The notes under the pieces: generated by a model | Databases searched by the model: none | What the model saw: only the letters and a program-made list of their open reading frames with translations | Told to the model about the DNA's origin: nothing | Made by a program: the position numbers and the translations under genes | DNA from: Trypethelium eluteriae | Taxonomy: Eukaryota | Direction: 5' to 3' | Length of the DNA stretch: 42,399 bases | Assembly (NCBI GenBank): GCA_051942245.1 | Contig: JAVECL010000017.1 | Location: 62,001-104,399 of the forward strand | Shown here: positions 24,314 to 36,014 of the stretch, piece after piece | Numbering within the stretch: position 1 is the stretch's first letter | Layout: each line of letters starts with the position of its first letter

Positions 24314-25304
24314 CTACCTCCCCTGTTGTGCTCCCTCATTGTTTCGTGGTGCTCTCTCCCCGTCTTGTCGTGCATCATTCCCGCCTCGTTGGGACCTCGC
24401 TCTATCTTGCTGTGCCCTCGCTCTCTCCCGCTCTTCTCTTCTCCCAGCAAGATCCGCCCTTTCCCTATCATGTTGGTCGCGCGACGCTTGGCCTATTTCA
24501 AGAGTTAGGCGGTAGACTCAATAATATACGAGACAAGCACATACTCGTATCAGGCTCAACCTTCGGAGATATTAATGAAACGTCCAACAATGGCCTTTTG
24601 TCAAGACCCAATCGCTTGACTTCAGGGTCGCCAATTATCATGTCGAGCTGCAGCTTTTCGAAAATGACAGCCTGACTTTCCATCATCGACTTCGGAAAGA
24701 AGTACTTTTGCTTTCGACGGTTCTTTGCGCCCAGATCCTTGTTCCAGCGTATCGTGCATCCTTCACCAGTATATCCTTCATTAGTCTCCCGAAACGCATC
24801 CTCGCACTCAATCGTTTTCAGCCCATGGCAATTCTCTTTGTCAGGGAGGCCAATCTTATTAGCGAAGTCTTTGCTGACAAGGATGCCGTCGAGATAACAG
24901 CATGGATCAAATAAAGCTCTTGCTACTATGGTGCGACCCGCGTTCGCCTCTTCAACCCTGATATCATACATGTGCTCGTCTCCATTATGGGAGTTCGTTG
25001 TATCGCCACGCCTTAAAGTCCGTAGGTATCTTTTCACCTTGCCGACCAGCTTCGATCTTCCGAGACTGCTGGAAATCCAGTTCCAGAAGCTATTGGCTTG
25101 CTTCTGCTTTCTAAAACCTTTCCCGTACGACTTGGCGGTGAGACCATTCAGGGCGAGCGAGGAGCGGGATGACGATTTATTTGGAGGCGAAGGCCGTGAA
25201 GCGATGAGTGAATTGCAGCTCTCGGTGGCGCTACTTGCGGGTACTTGCTGTAGAATGTCCCATTGTTTAGGTACATCGTGTACATTGACGGCCAAGTGAG
25301 ACAT
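24314..25304 (-). CDS. Retropepsin-like domain protein with low-complexity N-terminus and charged C-terminal tail
   Basis: YDIRV...ARALFDPCC...LVSKDFA...TIRW...LDMIIGD. Intron 24493-24544 (GTATGT...CTAAC...TAG) splices in frame to SQASRDQHDRERADLAGRREERERARAQQ...GR* (stop ends at 24314). Confidence 0.65.
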
Positions 25305-25680
25305 GGATAGTCTGTGTAACTTTTCAAAGAATGCCCAATCGCCAGACAGGTTTGCCGTGTGTTGGATAGCGACTGGGCAAATGTACTATCTTGAGATTGG
25401 GACAGTGGAGCTCTGGTGTGAGAAGTTGGCTCAGGATGCCGCGAGGCAGAATCGAAGGTATCACTACCTCACACTCCGGCACTGATTTTTAGAGAAAGGT
25501 TTTGCATGTTGTGAGGAATCTTGCCGTCAAAAAATGCTTCAGGAGAGCTGGCGTGGCTCTCTTGCCAAGCAATAGTAAGATGGCACGGATGGGAAGACTA
25601 TTTGGTGATCAATAGAGAGGTACAGCGTAACTGATCAATTGGGGCAAAGCTAAGCGGACGATCCCGAGGGTGGTATTCGG

Positions 25681-25934
25681 TATGTGCACCGCTGGGGGAC
25701 AGCAGTACCTGCCCACGCCATACTTTTTAGGTCCGTGCAGCCCATGTTATCTTATAGAAATCTCACTTTCGGTGCCTTCTATCTCAATGGATTTAGGCTC
25801 TCTATGCTTGATAAGACTTAGATATATAGTTAGAACTACATAGAACTTAGTCCAAGCAGTCCGACGCTGAGGTTGGATGGGATGGGGGGTGTTGCAGGGG
25901 CGGGCAGATACTGCTGTCCCCCAGGGTGTGTGTA
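25681..25934. mobile_element. MITE-like non-autonomous element (about 250 bp) with terminal inverted repeats
   Basis: 25692-25714 ctgggggacagcagtacctgccc is the reverse complement of 25902-25924 gggcagatactgctgtcccccag (22/23 match). The repeat extends imperfectly out to TA dinucleotides at 25681-25682 and 25933-25934. Interior is AT-rich with no credible ORF. Confidence 0.6.
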
Positions 25935-26076
25935 TAAAAGTCAAACTGCTACATACTGCGCTGGCGCAGGCACCCTACGCTACTGCAGCCTGCTCGCCCT
26001 CTCCGGGTAGGGGTCAGGGCACAGACTTACACCCCTTCCTACGATGTAAATCTTTCCATTCCAGGCTTGATCGGCC

Positions 26077-26700
26077 ATGGCTGACCCAAGACTTCCCACC
26101 CCTCATTACGGAGTACCTACCTAGTCTTTCATTACCACACCAATGAGCGGACGGAGTCCCGCTGGATACGGTTACGCAAACTTTATACCTTGGCAGCTGT
26201 GTTGGCTGCCAGCAGTGTCATGGCTTATCAGCAACGCTCAGAAATGCCTTAACGCACAATGAACCCTCGCTTGCAGACCAGACCTACAGTACTAGGACGA
26301 AAGTGTCCGGGCAACCCTCAGCAATTTTCCCGCACCAGCGAGCGGACGCTTCTTTCGCATGACTATATATCCCGACAACCTTGAAATGCCAAAAATTGCA
26401 ACCGATCTAGCCAATAGCTACTGGCAAGCCTAAGGTATACAGCATCTTCCTGCGTCCGATATCTACGCCCCAGACCTATGCAAGAGATTTATCCAAGAAT
26501 CTTGGCGAATCAAAATTGAAGGACCTACGATACTCCACGATCCTCCAAATGTCCTCCTTGAATACCGATCCCTATCATGTTCTATATTAGCACGCTAATG
26601 CAAATCGCAGAAATTGGACGAAGGAAGATGGCGTAGAAAGCAATTACTACGATTTCACGTAGTCCCAGAGTTCCATGGGAGTTTGTCAGACGGCTAGGGG
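26077..26700 (+). pseudogene. Unknown gene inactivated by C-to-T-type nonsense codons
   Basis: One frame from ATG 26077 to about 26550 reads as protein-like except for TAG 26122, TGA 26260, TAG 26293 and TAA 26431. A branch point/acceptor (gctaat...gcag) ends at 26610, followed by a short last exon. TATAAAAG at 25933. Confidence 0.4.
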
Positions 26701-27852
26701 GAGGCAATTTTGGCCTTTGGGCACCTACTCATGCCAGACCGCAGCGGGAATCTGGCCATGTGGGCCTGAAATCTGTGTACTGTACTGTGGATATAGTATT
26801 GAGTAATTACCTTACCTACCTAAGGTAGGTGCAGGATCAATGACGTAGGATGGAAGCCTCGGAGGAGGTGTTTCAGATCGCATCTCAGTACGGAACGGAA
26901 CGCCTCTCTCCTATTAATTCCTGTATTATCTGATTCCCAGGGCGCCCATCTGGGCAATTCGCCACCCCGGCCACGCGGGTGACCAAAAAAGCGGCACACG
27001 CAAGTTAACCCATATATCATTGCATCATAAATCCTTTTGTAAGAATTAAAAAAAAAAAAACCTTTACTTTATATCATATAATTCCATAACTCTTAGGATC
27101 ACTTATGTACACTAATATTCGTAAATTGTATTCTCAGAAGGGGTAGCTGGCGCAGTCACTCTTACTTGCTGAGGGGCCCCCCAATTTGGGTGTATCGCTC
27201 TTCATGTCACTCGTACCTATCAAATGCCTGTCAACCAAGCGCCGGAGGGGTACGATACGTCTTCCTTCCGTGTCCACTTTCGCCTTACACAACCCATTAT
27301 CTTTGATTCGAGATTATCAGCCGCCAGGATTCGCTGACAAGGGAGTTGTACACTGTTAATTATATACCCTCTGACGATTGATTAGCGTGGGCATAGATCA
27401 AAACTTGTCAACTTACCCTGTTCACAGCACTTTAGATTTCTTTTGGGTAAAAAAACAAAGGCGCATCTAATTGGACTGTGTCATAGTATAACCAGCTTTG
27501 TTGAAGAAACGCCGGCACGACCGGTCACACACAGTTGAACGGGAAGGAGTTGAAGGATCGGTCTAGCGGTAAGACGTAGGTTGTCGGTGGATCTCAAACC
27601 TCAAACATCCATACATCCAACATGTCACTACCAGAATATCTATTCTTTGTGCTTGAAGTAAGACTACTTTGCGTGACGCCATATATCGCACTTCCTGGAT
27701 CCGCAATCCTGTTCCGACAGTGCAAATATCTGAGGTGAAATCGTAAACAACTGAACATATAATGGACACCAAATAGCGGTCGCAACTTAGAGGCAGAAGA
27801 GCATGGTCAGATATCGGTACCGACGTTTGCTTCTCTCTACAGATGGTCTTCT

Positions 27853-30219
27853 TCAGTAGGCTACCATCACGGATGCTCCATCTGCAAGCTCCATGCATAA
27901 ATCTTCTGGATTCCGCACCAGCTCTACCGCAAAGTCAACATTGAAGCGTGAACGGAATTCTTCGTACATTGCTGCAATGCAAAGCGCAGCAATGGGCATC
28001 CTGCAGAGCAGAATAAGCACCACTTGCTTTCCAAAGTCTTTCCGGGGGCTGGCCTTTGGGACAGATTGGTGCGAATCGCTTGGAGCAAGTCGAGTATAGT
28101 CCATAGTCTCGAGGCCGACAGCTTGAGGCAGAACGATTCGGTTGCCATGGAAGTCGCTTACCTTGGCCGGTACTAAAGTTATACCTCTTTCCAAGACTGA
28201 CGTAATATCAGAATAATCTGCTGTTTTCCAGGTCAGTATCGATTCCTGTCTTCGCTGACTTTCTGATACCCTCCTTCGAGCTGTTATGATGATGTCGTTC
28301 TCGAGAGTTTCCTTCCAAGAAACAAGTGCTCGCAGGATGCTGAGTGCCGGCATCCGGGAGATGATGCGTCCATTGTGACGGAAAGCGAGTATCACGCTAG
28401 TAACATCATTTTCCCAGTCCGGCTCAATGTTACAGGTAAAGTCTGTATCGAAATCATTATTGTCTGCCTCTTTCTCGCTCGTACCATCGTAGTTGTCCAG
28501 TCTAAGGCATGTAAGTAAGTTCTCCATGCTACCTGACCTGCTGTCTCCAGGCACTCTTTTCGCTGTAATGCCTGCAGCACTGCTGGAGCTGTCGCGGATA
28601 AGACCGGATGTTGTTGAAGGGATAGAGCTGGTGTCGCAATCTAAGAGACAATAGATTGGCGCATGATCAACTCTTGTTGCTTTCCCAAGTAAGATTGAGG
28701 ATATGAGAGAAAGTTTCGATGTGATACCAATGGTCTTGCCACCAGTTTCGAAAACGGGTAAGCCTGCTTCGCCTCCTGCGAAAAGAAATGCTGTCAGAGA
28801 AAGCATAGCTTCACGAGAGAAATGCTGAACACTGTCGTGTTTCGACACCTTCACCGTGCTCCGTTTAGAGAGTCTGATTGTGGTCTGGATCAGATCAAGA
28901 AACCGGTGGCTGTGAAAGCCCCACGAGCCATATACTTCTTGTTGATCTAATGAAGAGCAATCGACGAGCGGGCGGAGTAAAGCATAGTAGTAGCCCAAAA
29001 GGAGCGCCTGCAACTCCTCTCGCACCCTGTCGATTGATATCCGCTCGCTATCTGTTGTATTCTTCTCGAGTTCTTTGATCTCCTCCGGAGCCCACGTTGT
29101 GAGCAATTCTTGGACGCATCTTGACATTCGTGTAGAGTGAGCTGGTAAGTAGGCTCTAAATATTCGCACGAGGAGGGTCTCATTTCTGTACTTTTTAGAA
29201 TCATCACTTTTGTCGCTTATTGCGTATTCAAAGTCCCATCCAGCCGAGCCGATATCAGTCGCAAGTAGCTCGACTTCTCCGTTAGAAGCTGCTTCCATGC
29301 CGTCCTCAAAGAGAGTTCTTAAGCGTCCGCTGATATCCCGGCTGCCGGGAAACAGTGACATGCACTCCTCCATATGGGCAAGTGGAACCCGCATTCCTTC
29401 TCTTGCTCGTTTTTGAGATCTCATAGCAGTATCGCTCATCGAAGACAGATCGAGCACTATATCGACGGTACTTTGCACATTGTCAGTTTGGAGGTTGAGG
29501 TCCGCCTTCCTTAAGCATCGGATTTGATCCAACCCAAGTTCATGAAGTACCAATGCGAAGCCGAACGCGTCGGAAGATGAGGTCGAAAGTTGCAGCTCAG
29601 TCGTGGTCGAGAGCCAAAGCAGTAGGCGTATGATTTCACGGTAATCAAGCTCAGGGATCCAGCCAGGCCAATGCTGGCCTTGGATTCCTAGCTCGGTCCA
29701 GACATTGTCAGCTTTCTTCAGCAGACCGCGAACACAAGCACTGGACCTCCAGCCCTGAATGTGATGAGGGATTTCGCGCAACAGATACTCGATTCCGTCC
29801 GGAGTATCTTCAAACATCTTGCACAGAAAATCAGTGACGAGTCTGCGGACCTGGCGAGGCTCCACCGCTGCATCCAGAGCTGCTATTATCAAGGTCATTA
29901 GCCAAGTGAACCTATCCATATTTTCGATGACTGGCAAATGGCCTCCAGCAGGATTAGATACGTCAATCGGAGTACCGTTCCGCAACAGCGTGATTTTGGA
30001 ATCCCATCTTTGGTGAAGTTTGATCACATCGACCAGGCCCCGTCTTACGAAAACACTGTCAATATCTAGCTTGAGGAAGTCCAGCAAGTTCCGGTCCTGC
30101 ATCTGTGCCATGAGCCAGTTACCGGCCTTTCGGCCTGCGCCTGCTATAGTTGCTACATCACCCACACTGAAACCCCATGAGATGAGTTTACTTGAGCCAG
30201 CGGCAAATGTAAGCGCCAT
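27853..30219 (-). CDS. Hypothetical protein, 788 aa, intronless
   Basis: Uninterrupted 2367-nt ORF with protein-like composition; N-terminal SWGFSVGDVATIAGAG. No catalytic motif recognised. Confidence 0.85.
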   Translation of the reverse strand: MALTFAAGSSKLISWGFSVGDVATIAGAGRKAGNWLMAQMQDRNLLDFLKLDIDSVFVRRGLVDVIKLHQRWDSKITLLRNGTPIDVSNPAGGHLPVIENMDRFTWLMTLIIAALDAAVEPRQVRRLVTDFLCKMFEDTPDGIEYLLREIPHHIQGWRSSACVRGLLKKADNVWTELGIQGQHWPGWIPELDYREIIRLLLWLSTTTELQLSTSSSDAFGFALVLHELGLDQIRCLRKADLNLQTDNVQSTVDIVLDLSSMSDTAMRSQKRAREGMRVPLAHMEECMSLFPGSRDISGRLRTLFEDGMEAASNGEVELLATDIGSAGWDFEYAISDKSDDSKKYRNETLLVRIFRAYLPAHSTRMSRCVQELLTTWAPEEIKELEKNTTDSERISIDRVREELQALLLGYYYALLRPLVDCSSLDQQEVYGSWGFHSHRFLDLIQTTIRLSKRSTVKVSKHDSVQHFSREAMLSLTAFLFAGGEAGLPVFETGGKTIGITSKLSLISSILLGKATRVDHAPIYCLLDCDTSSIPSTTSGLIRDSSSSAAGITAKRVPGDSRSGSMENLLTCLRLDNYDGTSEKEADNNDFDTDFTCNIEPDWENDVTSVILAFRHNGRIISRMPALSILRALVSWKETLENDIIITARRRVSESQRRQESILTWKTADYSDITSVLERGITLVPAKVSDFHGNRIVLPQAVGLETMDYTRLAPSDSHQSVPKASPRKDFGKQVVLILLCRMPIAALCIAAMYEEFRSRFNVDFAVELVRNPEDLCMELADGASVMVAY

Positions 30220-31299
30220 CCTGCACTCGGTACTCGTACAAAGATATCACGGGGAAATGACTGAGGTTTGAGCTGACAGGCGACGCCGATGAAAGAGAAA
30301 CTGAAAGGCTGAGTCCCCAAGTGGCAAGGCAGCAAGGCTGTACATTTTAGAGTCATTTTGATTCTAAGCCCTTCTGGGCCGTAGTCATCACCAATAAGGT
30401 GTTTCTCTTGAGATTCCTTGTGGGCTAAGTGAGGGAGCCTATCGAGTACCCCGAACATCATTGAATTCCACAACGGACACCTGTTCGTCTGCTCTCATTT
30501 CGGGTTGCGCATTCGTGTAGACATTACAGCGGCACGGAATGCGCAAGGATATGAAAAGTATTAGATAGTGGAGTGGAACGTCTGATTGGCTCAGTCCACA
30601 GATCTCAATAAAGGCTGCGGAGTCGAGCCAAACCCTGCAGGCTTACGGCCCGCATGCTGATCTTCTTGGAAAAAAAAAGTCGAGAAAGAAGAAGTGCTGT
30701 TGGGAATATTGGCAAATTCATTTCCAGCTTAGCTTATATAAGCGGATTTGGAGATTTTTACATCAACCCTTATTTACATTTCCACTCAACCTAGACTGTT
30801 ATGACCATGTTGGCCCATGTTAACGTCGGTAATAGTGCATCAGAGGTAACATTGTATTTATTACCGGTTGAGGACCCCCTCGACCATGGTAAGGTAGTTA
30901 TTGGGTCTGACAGGTACGAGCCTGTAATAAATGCTTAAGAGTTCAAGATCTTTTTCCTCCTCATGTAATCCATACACATCGAATTCTTATAGTATTCAGG
31001 TGTAGGCGCTCTCGTGCACGGTAAAGGATTTGGATGCACCCCATAGAGTACCTACGTGGACGCACGTCATCGGCGCTTGGAGCACTTAGCAAAGTCTACA
31101 GAGTACTCTGTATGCAATTCGCAAAATATCTATTTCCGTTCATAACCGGCAACTGAGAAGGCAAGGACTTCAGTGCTAAGAACTGCATGCCTTTCACTTT
31201 CTTTACGGTCAGATCTACTTATGAAGAGGCATGAGTGGTCTCACAGCCCATATGACCCACAGAACGCCGCAAACGCCAATCCATGCAACGGAAAGACTA

Positions 31300-32742
31300 T
31301 CATTTAGCCACAGCCGCGCTAAGGACCTGCGTCCTGAAGAAACCGCCCTTGGTCCTTTCGATGACCTGCTGGTAGACAGATTGAGGCGGATGGTTCATTA
31401 CGACGGTACCCTCCTTGTAATCAATCTTTGCGTCTACACGCGTATCTCGAATGAGATTAACAATCCATTTCTCACCCTCGTCCTGCGTGAGCCCCAAGCG
31501 TGTCGAAAGATCCCTAGTAATTCTGTCAGTCGGCAGCATTTGGAAAGACCTGAAGAAAAACTTACTTGATATCGATCCGCTGGTGGATCTTGCAGTATGA
31601 TTCCGAGATCAAATGTCTCGCCGAGTCGACGAATGCATCGGCAGAGCCAGCAAGGAAGAAGTCATTTCTGAGAATGGTCTCTGCATCCACCAATTTCTTC
31701 TGAGCCTCCTCGAAATCGAAGTCGACGTACAAAGCTTTGACGAAGTCGGTCAGGGGATCGGTATATTCGTAACCCTCTTGCCTCACTATTCTGACGAGGT
31801 CTTTCAGCTGCTTCTGATGTGTCCCTGTATTTTTGGTCCGGTTTCGGTTTGTGATCACGGCAGCAGTGAGATATCGCAAGATCCAGGGGCAGTTGGTTTG
31901 GATAGTGTTGATGTAGGTTGGAGAGAAAAACATGTCAGTAAGGGTATCCCGAGCGACGTCGTAGTTGAAGAAAGGGAAGAGGCACCAGTGGACTAGCCAG
32001 GTTCGGTGTTGAAGTTGCGCAAGGGGATTGTTGAACAGCCGTGTGTCGATCGAGTCACGGACTTTTTGAACTTCTTCCATAGCCCCCTCCCATTCTGCAG
32101 ACACTATCAGAGCGCTGAGACGTCCCCATGTAGCAGCGTTAACCTTGTCACTGTCTGTAGACTGTAGAACTGTTAGAGAGAGATGCATCAGATGGATCAA
32201 AAACAATTTACCAGCACTCTAAACTGGTATAACGAGTCTGCCGCGCCACCGTAGTCTCCGCAGCTATATTGAAACTGCCCCATATCGTAAAGTGCGTTCA
32301 CCATCTCGATGGTGACACCATGCTGTTCTTTGAGATAATTCAAGTTCGCAACCTTGTCGCTTCGTAGATTCGATACGACTTCCTGGTCCTCTAGCAACCC
32401 CACAATCTTCTCCGTCTCCTCATGATATTGCTCTCGCTTTCGTAAAATTTCCTCTCTTTTATTCACATACTCTTGCGGGTTTTCGTCCAGGTGGTGGATT
32501 TGGGCGTACAAGTTTCCAACGAAATCAGCCATGTTGGTATGCCGGAGGAGCTCGAACTTTGCTTTGGTGATTGAAACATCCTCTTCCTCTTCTCCATCGC
32601 CTCCGGCAAATTGGAGTAGAGGGAAAACCAGATGTCGGTCGAGGTGAGGGATCAGTTTTGGGAGAAGGTCGTACTGCTTTGCGATGTCTATAGGCTGATC
32701 GGTCGCACCGTTCAACCCATCTGGTGGTTTGCCGTCGGCCAT
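31300..32742 (-). CDS. int6: Eukaryotic translation initiation factor 3 subunit E (Int6)
   Basis: [71 protein letters not shown] (PCI domain). Introns 32162-32211 and 31514-31565. Confidence 0.97.
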
Positions 32743-32990
32743 GATGAGTTCTGTGGAGAGTATCCTTGATCTCAATCCCTAGTGAGCACACGGGGTTAGA
32801 AAATGGCTGCTCGTGGGGCAAGAGGCGGAGGTGAGCATGGTGAATTTTGTGCCGCCGCATTTCCTCGCTAAAATTCTTGCGAGCAGGGACCTCTAAGCTT
32901 CATCACCTTGTGAAGCGCAACCCCAGCAAGGTCCCGGCCATATCAGACGTGCAAGCCATCACTGATGTTGGCTTCACGCTCACATCCCAG

Positions 32991-33746
32991 ATGATGTCTT
33001 CTCCATCTTCCTTTCTCTCATTTCTTCGACCTCTCGGTCTTCCACGAGCATCAACTTTCCAGCGATTCACGGTTCCTCGAAGATACGCCGGGACTGCAGC
33101 AATCAACCGACGTCCATCACCCAAGCGTATTAGTATGATGAACGTGAAATTCAAGTCGAAGATTTCAATGCTGATATAGTACAGATAAGGCCAAGACGTC
33201 GTTCTCTGAGCCCATTCAACCCGGAAAGAAGCACCCCAAGCCATCCCTTCCACGACCCAAGAAAGAAAACGCCATCGGTTCTCGCAAGATTGGTGCACCA
33301 GCTTCAAATCGAAGACGTGTCACTGCTTCTCCGGGTGTGACGGCCGAGTTGACTGCCTCGACTTCTCCCTCCGCTCCCGCTTCTCCAGATCCACCATCAG
33401 AAAAGATTCCAAGTTTACTTCCTTACCATGTCGCTCGAACAGCCACAAACCATCTCCCAATTTACTTGCAGGCAAAGCGAGGTGGCAATCTGCATCAGAC
33501 ATTAATCCGCAAGATCAGTGGGAAGGTGAATGAGCTAAAGCAAGAATTGGCTCAGAGCCTTGAATTGGAGGGTCAGGACGCAGTAGTGAATCCTGTTACT
33601 GGGCATATTGTTCTAAAGGTAGGTCGGCACACACTTGAGCAGCTTGCTGGGTCTTTCCCTCAAGGAAAGCACACCTATAACTAACAGGGTGACAGGGATG
33701 GTGGAAGCCGCAAGTACAACAGTTCCTAGAGAAAAGGAACTTCTAA
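32991..33746 (+). CDS. IMG2: Mitochondrial large ribosomal subunit protein mL49 (Img2)
   Basis: R/S/L-rich presequence MMSSPSSFLSFLRPLGLPR; LPYHVARTATNHLPIY...KRGGNLHQTLIRKISG...NPVTGHIVLK|GWWKPQVQQFLEKRNF*. Introns 33133-33184 and 33619-33695. Confidence 0.9.
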
Positions 33747-33864
33747 ACGTTACGTTGGGTCCGACTTTGTAAAATATTTATGTACAGACTATGTACAAAA
33801 TCTCTGGATCGCTAGCTTTTTGAGCTTGTCGATGAGTATCAGCATCCACAAGTAAAGAAAATCT

Positions 33865-36014
33865 TTACAATTTCGCTTTCACCCGCGTCTCTGTTGCCTT
33901 GTGCAGATCCTGTCCTTTGATCTTAAAATATTCCCCTATCTTTTCTCTAGCTACCTCAATAACACTTGCATCTTCTACAGTTGCGGGCACTTGGACTTTC
34001 TTCTGGACCTCGTCGTGCACTGCATTCTCAAGCATCTCCCGTAGAACGCGGCGCAGCGTTTTACCACTTCTCGTTTTTGGAATCATGCCCTTGCCTTGGA
34101 TCATTCCCCCGAGAGATGCGATAGCTCCTATTTGTTCGCGTACGAACTTCTGGATTGCTCCAGTGAGCTCGTCTGAGGGAATAGGCGAATCTGGATGCGG
34201 CTCTGTAGAGAGTGTCACGAACGCGAACGGGAGATGGCCCTTCAAGGCATCCGGTATGCCGACAACGCAAGCTTCGGCGACGGAAGGGTGAGATGATATA
34301 GCCTGCTCGATGGATCCTGCGAGACCAGTCAGCAAAGAAATGTATATTGCATCAAGGGACCCCGATTCTTACCTGTGCTAAACCTATGAGCAGCGACGTT
34401 GATTATGTCGTCACTTCTGCTCATGATATGTACGTATCCATCTTCATCCACCATGCCAGCGTCTCCCGTATCCATCCATTTCCCATCGAACCTCTTCAGA
34501 TAGCCTTTATAGAATCTTTCCTCGTCCTCCCATAAAGTGGTCAGGGCGGTCGGCGCCAAGGGAAGCGCCAACACAATGTTTCCCATTCCACCCTTCTCCA
34601 CCTCCTTACCATCATCATCGACTATCCGCACGTCGAACCCTGGCATAGGCTTCCCTGCGCTTCCCGGCTTGATTGGTAATGGATCATGTGCTTCTTTGCT
34701 ATTGAAATTCGTTCCTACCGCAGCTTTCAATGCAATTCCGGATATGGGGGAGCCGCTTTCGCTACTCCACCAATTGTCCACCACTAGGGCACCGGGCGCG
34801 CAGTGTTTCTTGAGTAGGTCCGCATACATGCTTACGATACTAGGTTCGCTTCTTTCGCCAGCGAGAAACAACGCTCGAAAGTTTTTTAGGCCACCTCTCT
34901 TTCCAGCCTTCTCGAAGAACCCGTTTTGCGGGTCATCCCGTCGGATTGCGCGTAATGCCGTGGGCGCGGTGGATAGCACGTTAACCTTGTGTTCTTCCAG
35001 TATCCTCCAGAATATTCCAGCGTCAGGTGTGCCTACTGGCTTGCCTTCGAAGAGCACAGTAGTGCAGCCCGAGAGCAACGGCGCGTAAATGATGTATGAA
35101 TGGCCGACGACCCAGCCAATGTCGGATGTGCAGAACATGGTATCGCCTGGAGAAAGGCCGAACAAGTATCGCATGGAGAGATGCAATCCTACCACATGAC
35201 CACCTGCTGGTCGCAACACACCTTTAGGCGTACCTGTTGTACCGCTTGTATAGATGATGTACAGCCCGTCATCGCTTTTGACTGGTACACAGTCTGCCTT
35301 CAACCCCCTGTTTCTCGCGCTCTTTACTAGCCGCTGCCAATTCCTCTCGCCATTCTCTTTTCGTATCGGATCCCACCTTGGTTCCTCCCTCTGCCACACA
35401 ATCACCTTGCTCGGCTTGAAGCTACTCTTCTCCAGCGCCCCCTCTACAAGCGGCTTATATGACATCGGTCCCTTCGCGCCTTCAATCCCACACGACGCCG
35501 TCATAACAGCACGAGGCTTCGACGACTCAATCCTCTGAGCCAATGAAGGTGCGCTGAATCCTCCAAACACGACCGCATGGATTGCGCCCAGTCGCGCAAT
35601 CGCGAGCAGCGCCGTGATCGCAGCCGGTATCATCGGCATGTAGACCAGCACGACATCCCCCTTCTTCACACCCTCCTCCCTCAACACCCCTGCCAGAACC
35701 TCGACTTCCGCGAGCAGCTGGTTGTAGGTCCATATCTCCTTCTTCCCCGTCACCGGGCTTTCCCACACGATGGCGCTCTGATCGCCTCGTCCCGCTTCGA
35801 CCCAGCGATCGACGCAGTTGTACGTAGTGCTGATCTCTCCGCCAGGGAACCACGTCCATGTAGGATGCGAGGTTCCTGATGGGAGCTTGCGTGTGGAGGT
35901 GTGAAGGGCGCGAGCGGGGGGCTTGTGCCAGTGGAGGTGCTTGGCATGGGCGAGCCAGAAAGATTCGGGGGAGTTGAGGGAGTGCGACTGTACTTCGTCT
36001 TGGGTGTGAGGCAT
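33865..36014 (-). CDS. Propionyl-CoA synthetase / short-chain acyl-CoA synthetase (ACSS3/PrpE-like)
   Basis: YIIYTSGTTGTPKG, SDIGWVVGHSY, DNWWSSESGSP, TGDAG, RSDDIINVAAHRFST|GSIEQ, PKTRSGK. Intron 34317-34372. C-terminal AKL. Confidence 0.93.

Noticed and set aside
26814..26830. Palindrome acctacct-a-aggtaggt
   Set aside because: Short and built from TAGG/CCTA simple motifs common in fungal intergenic DNA.
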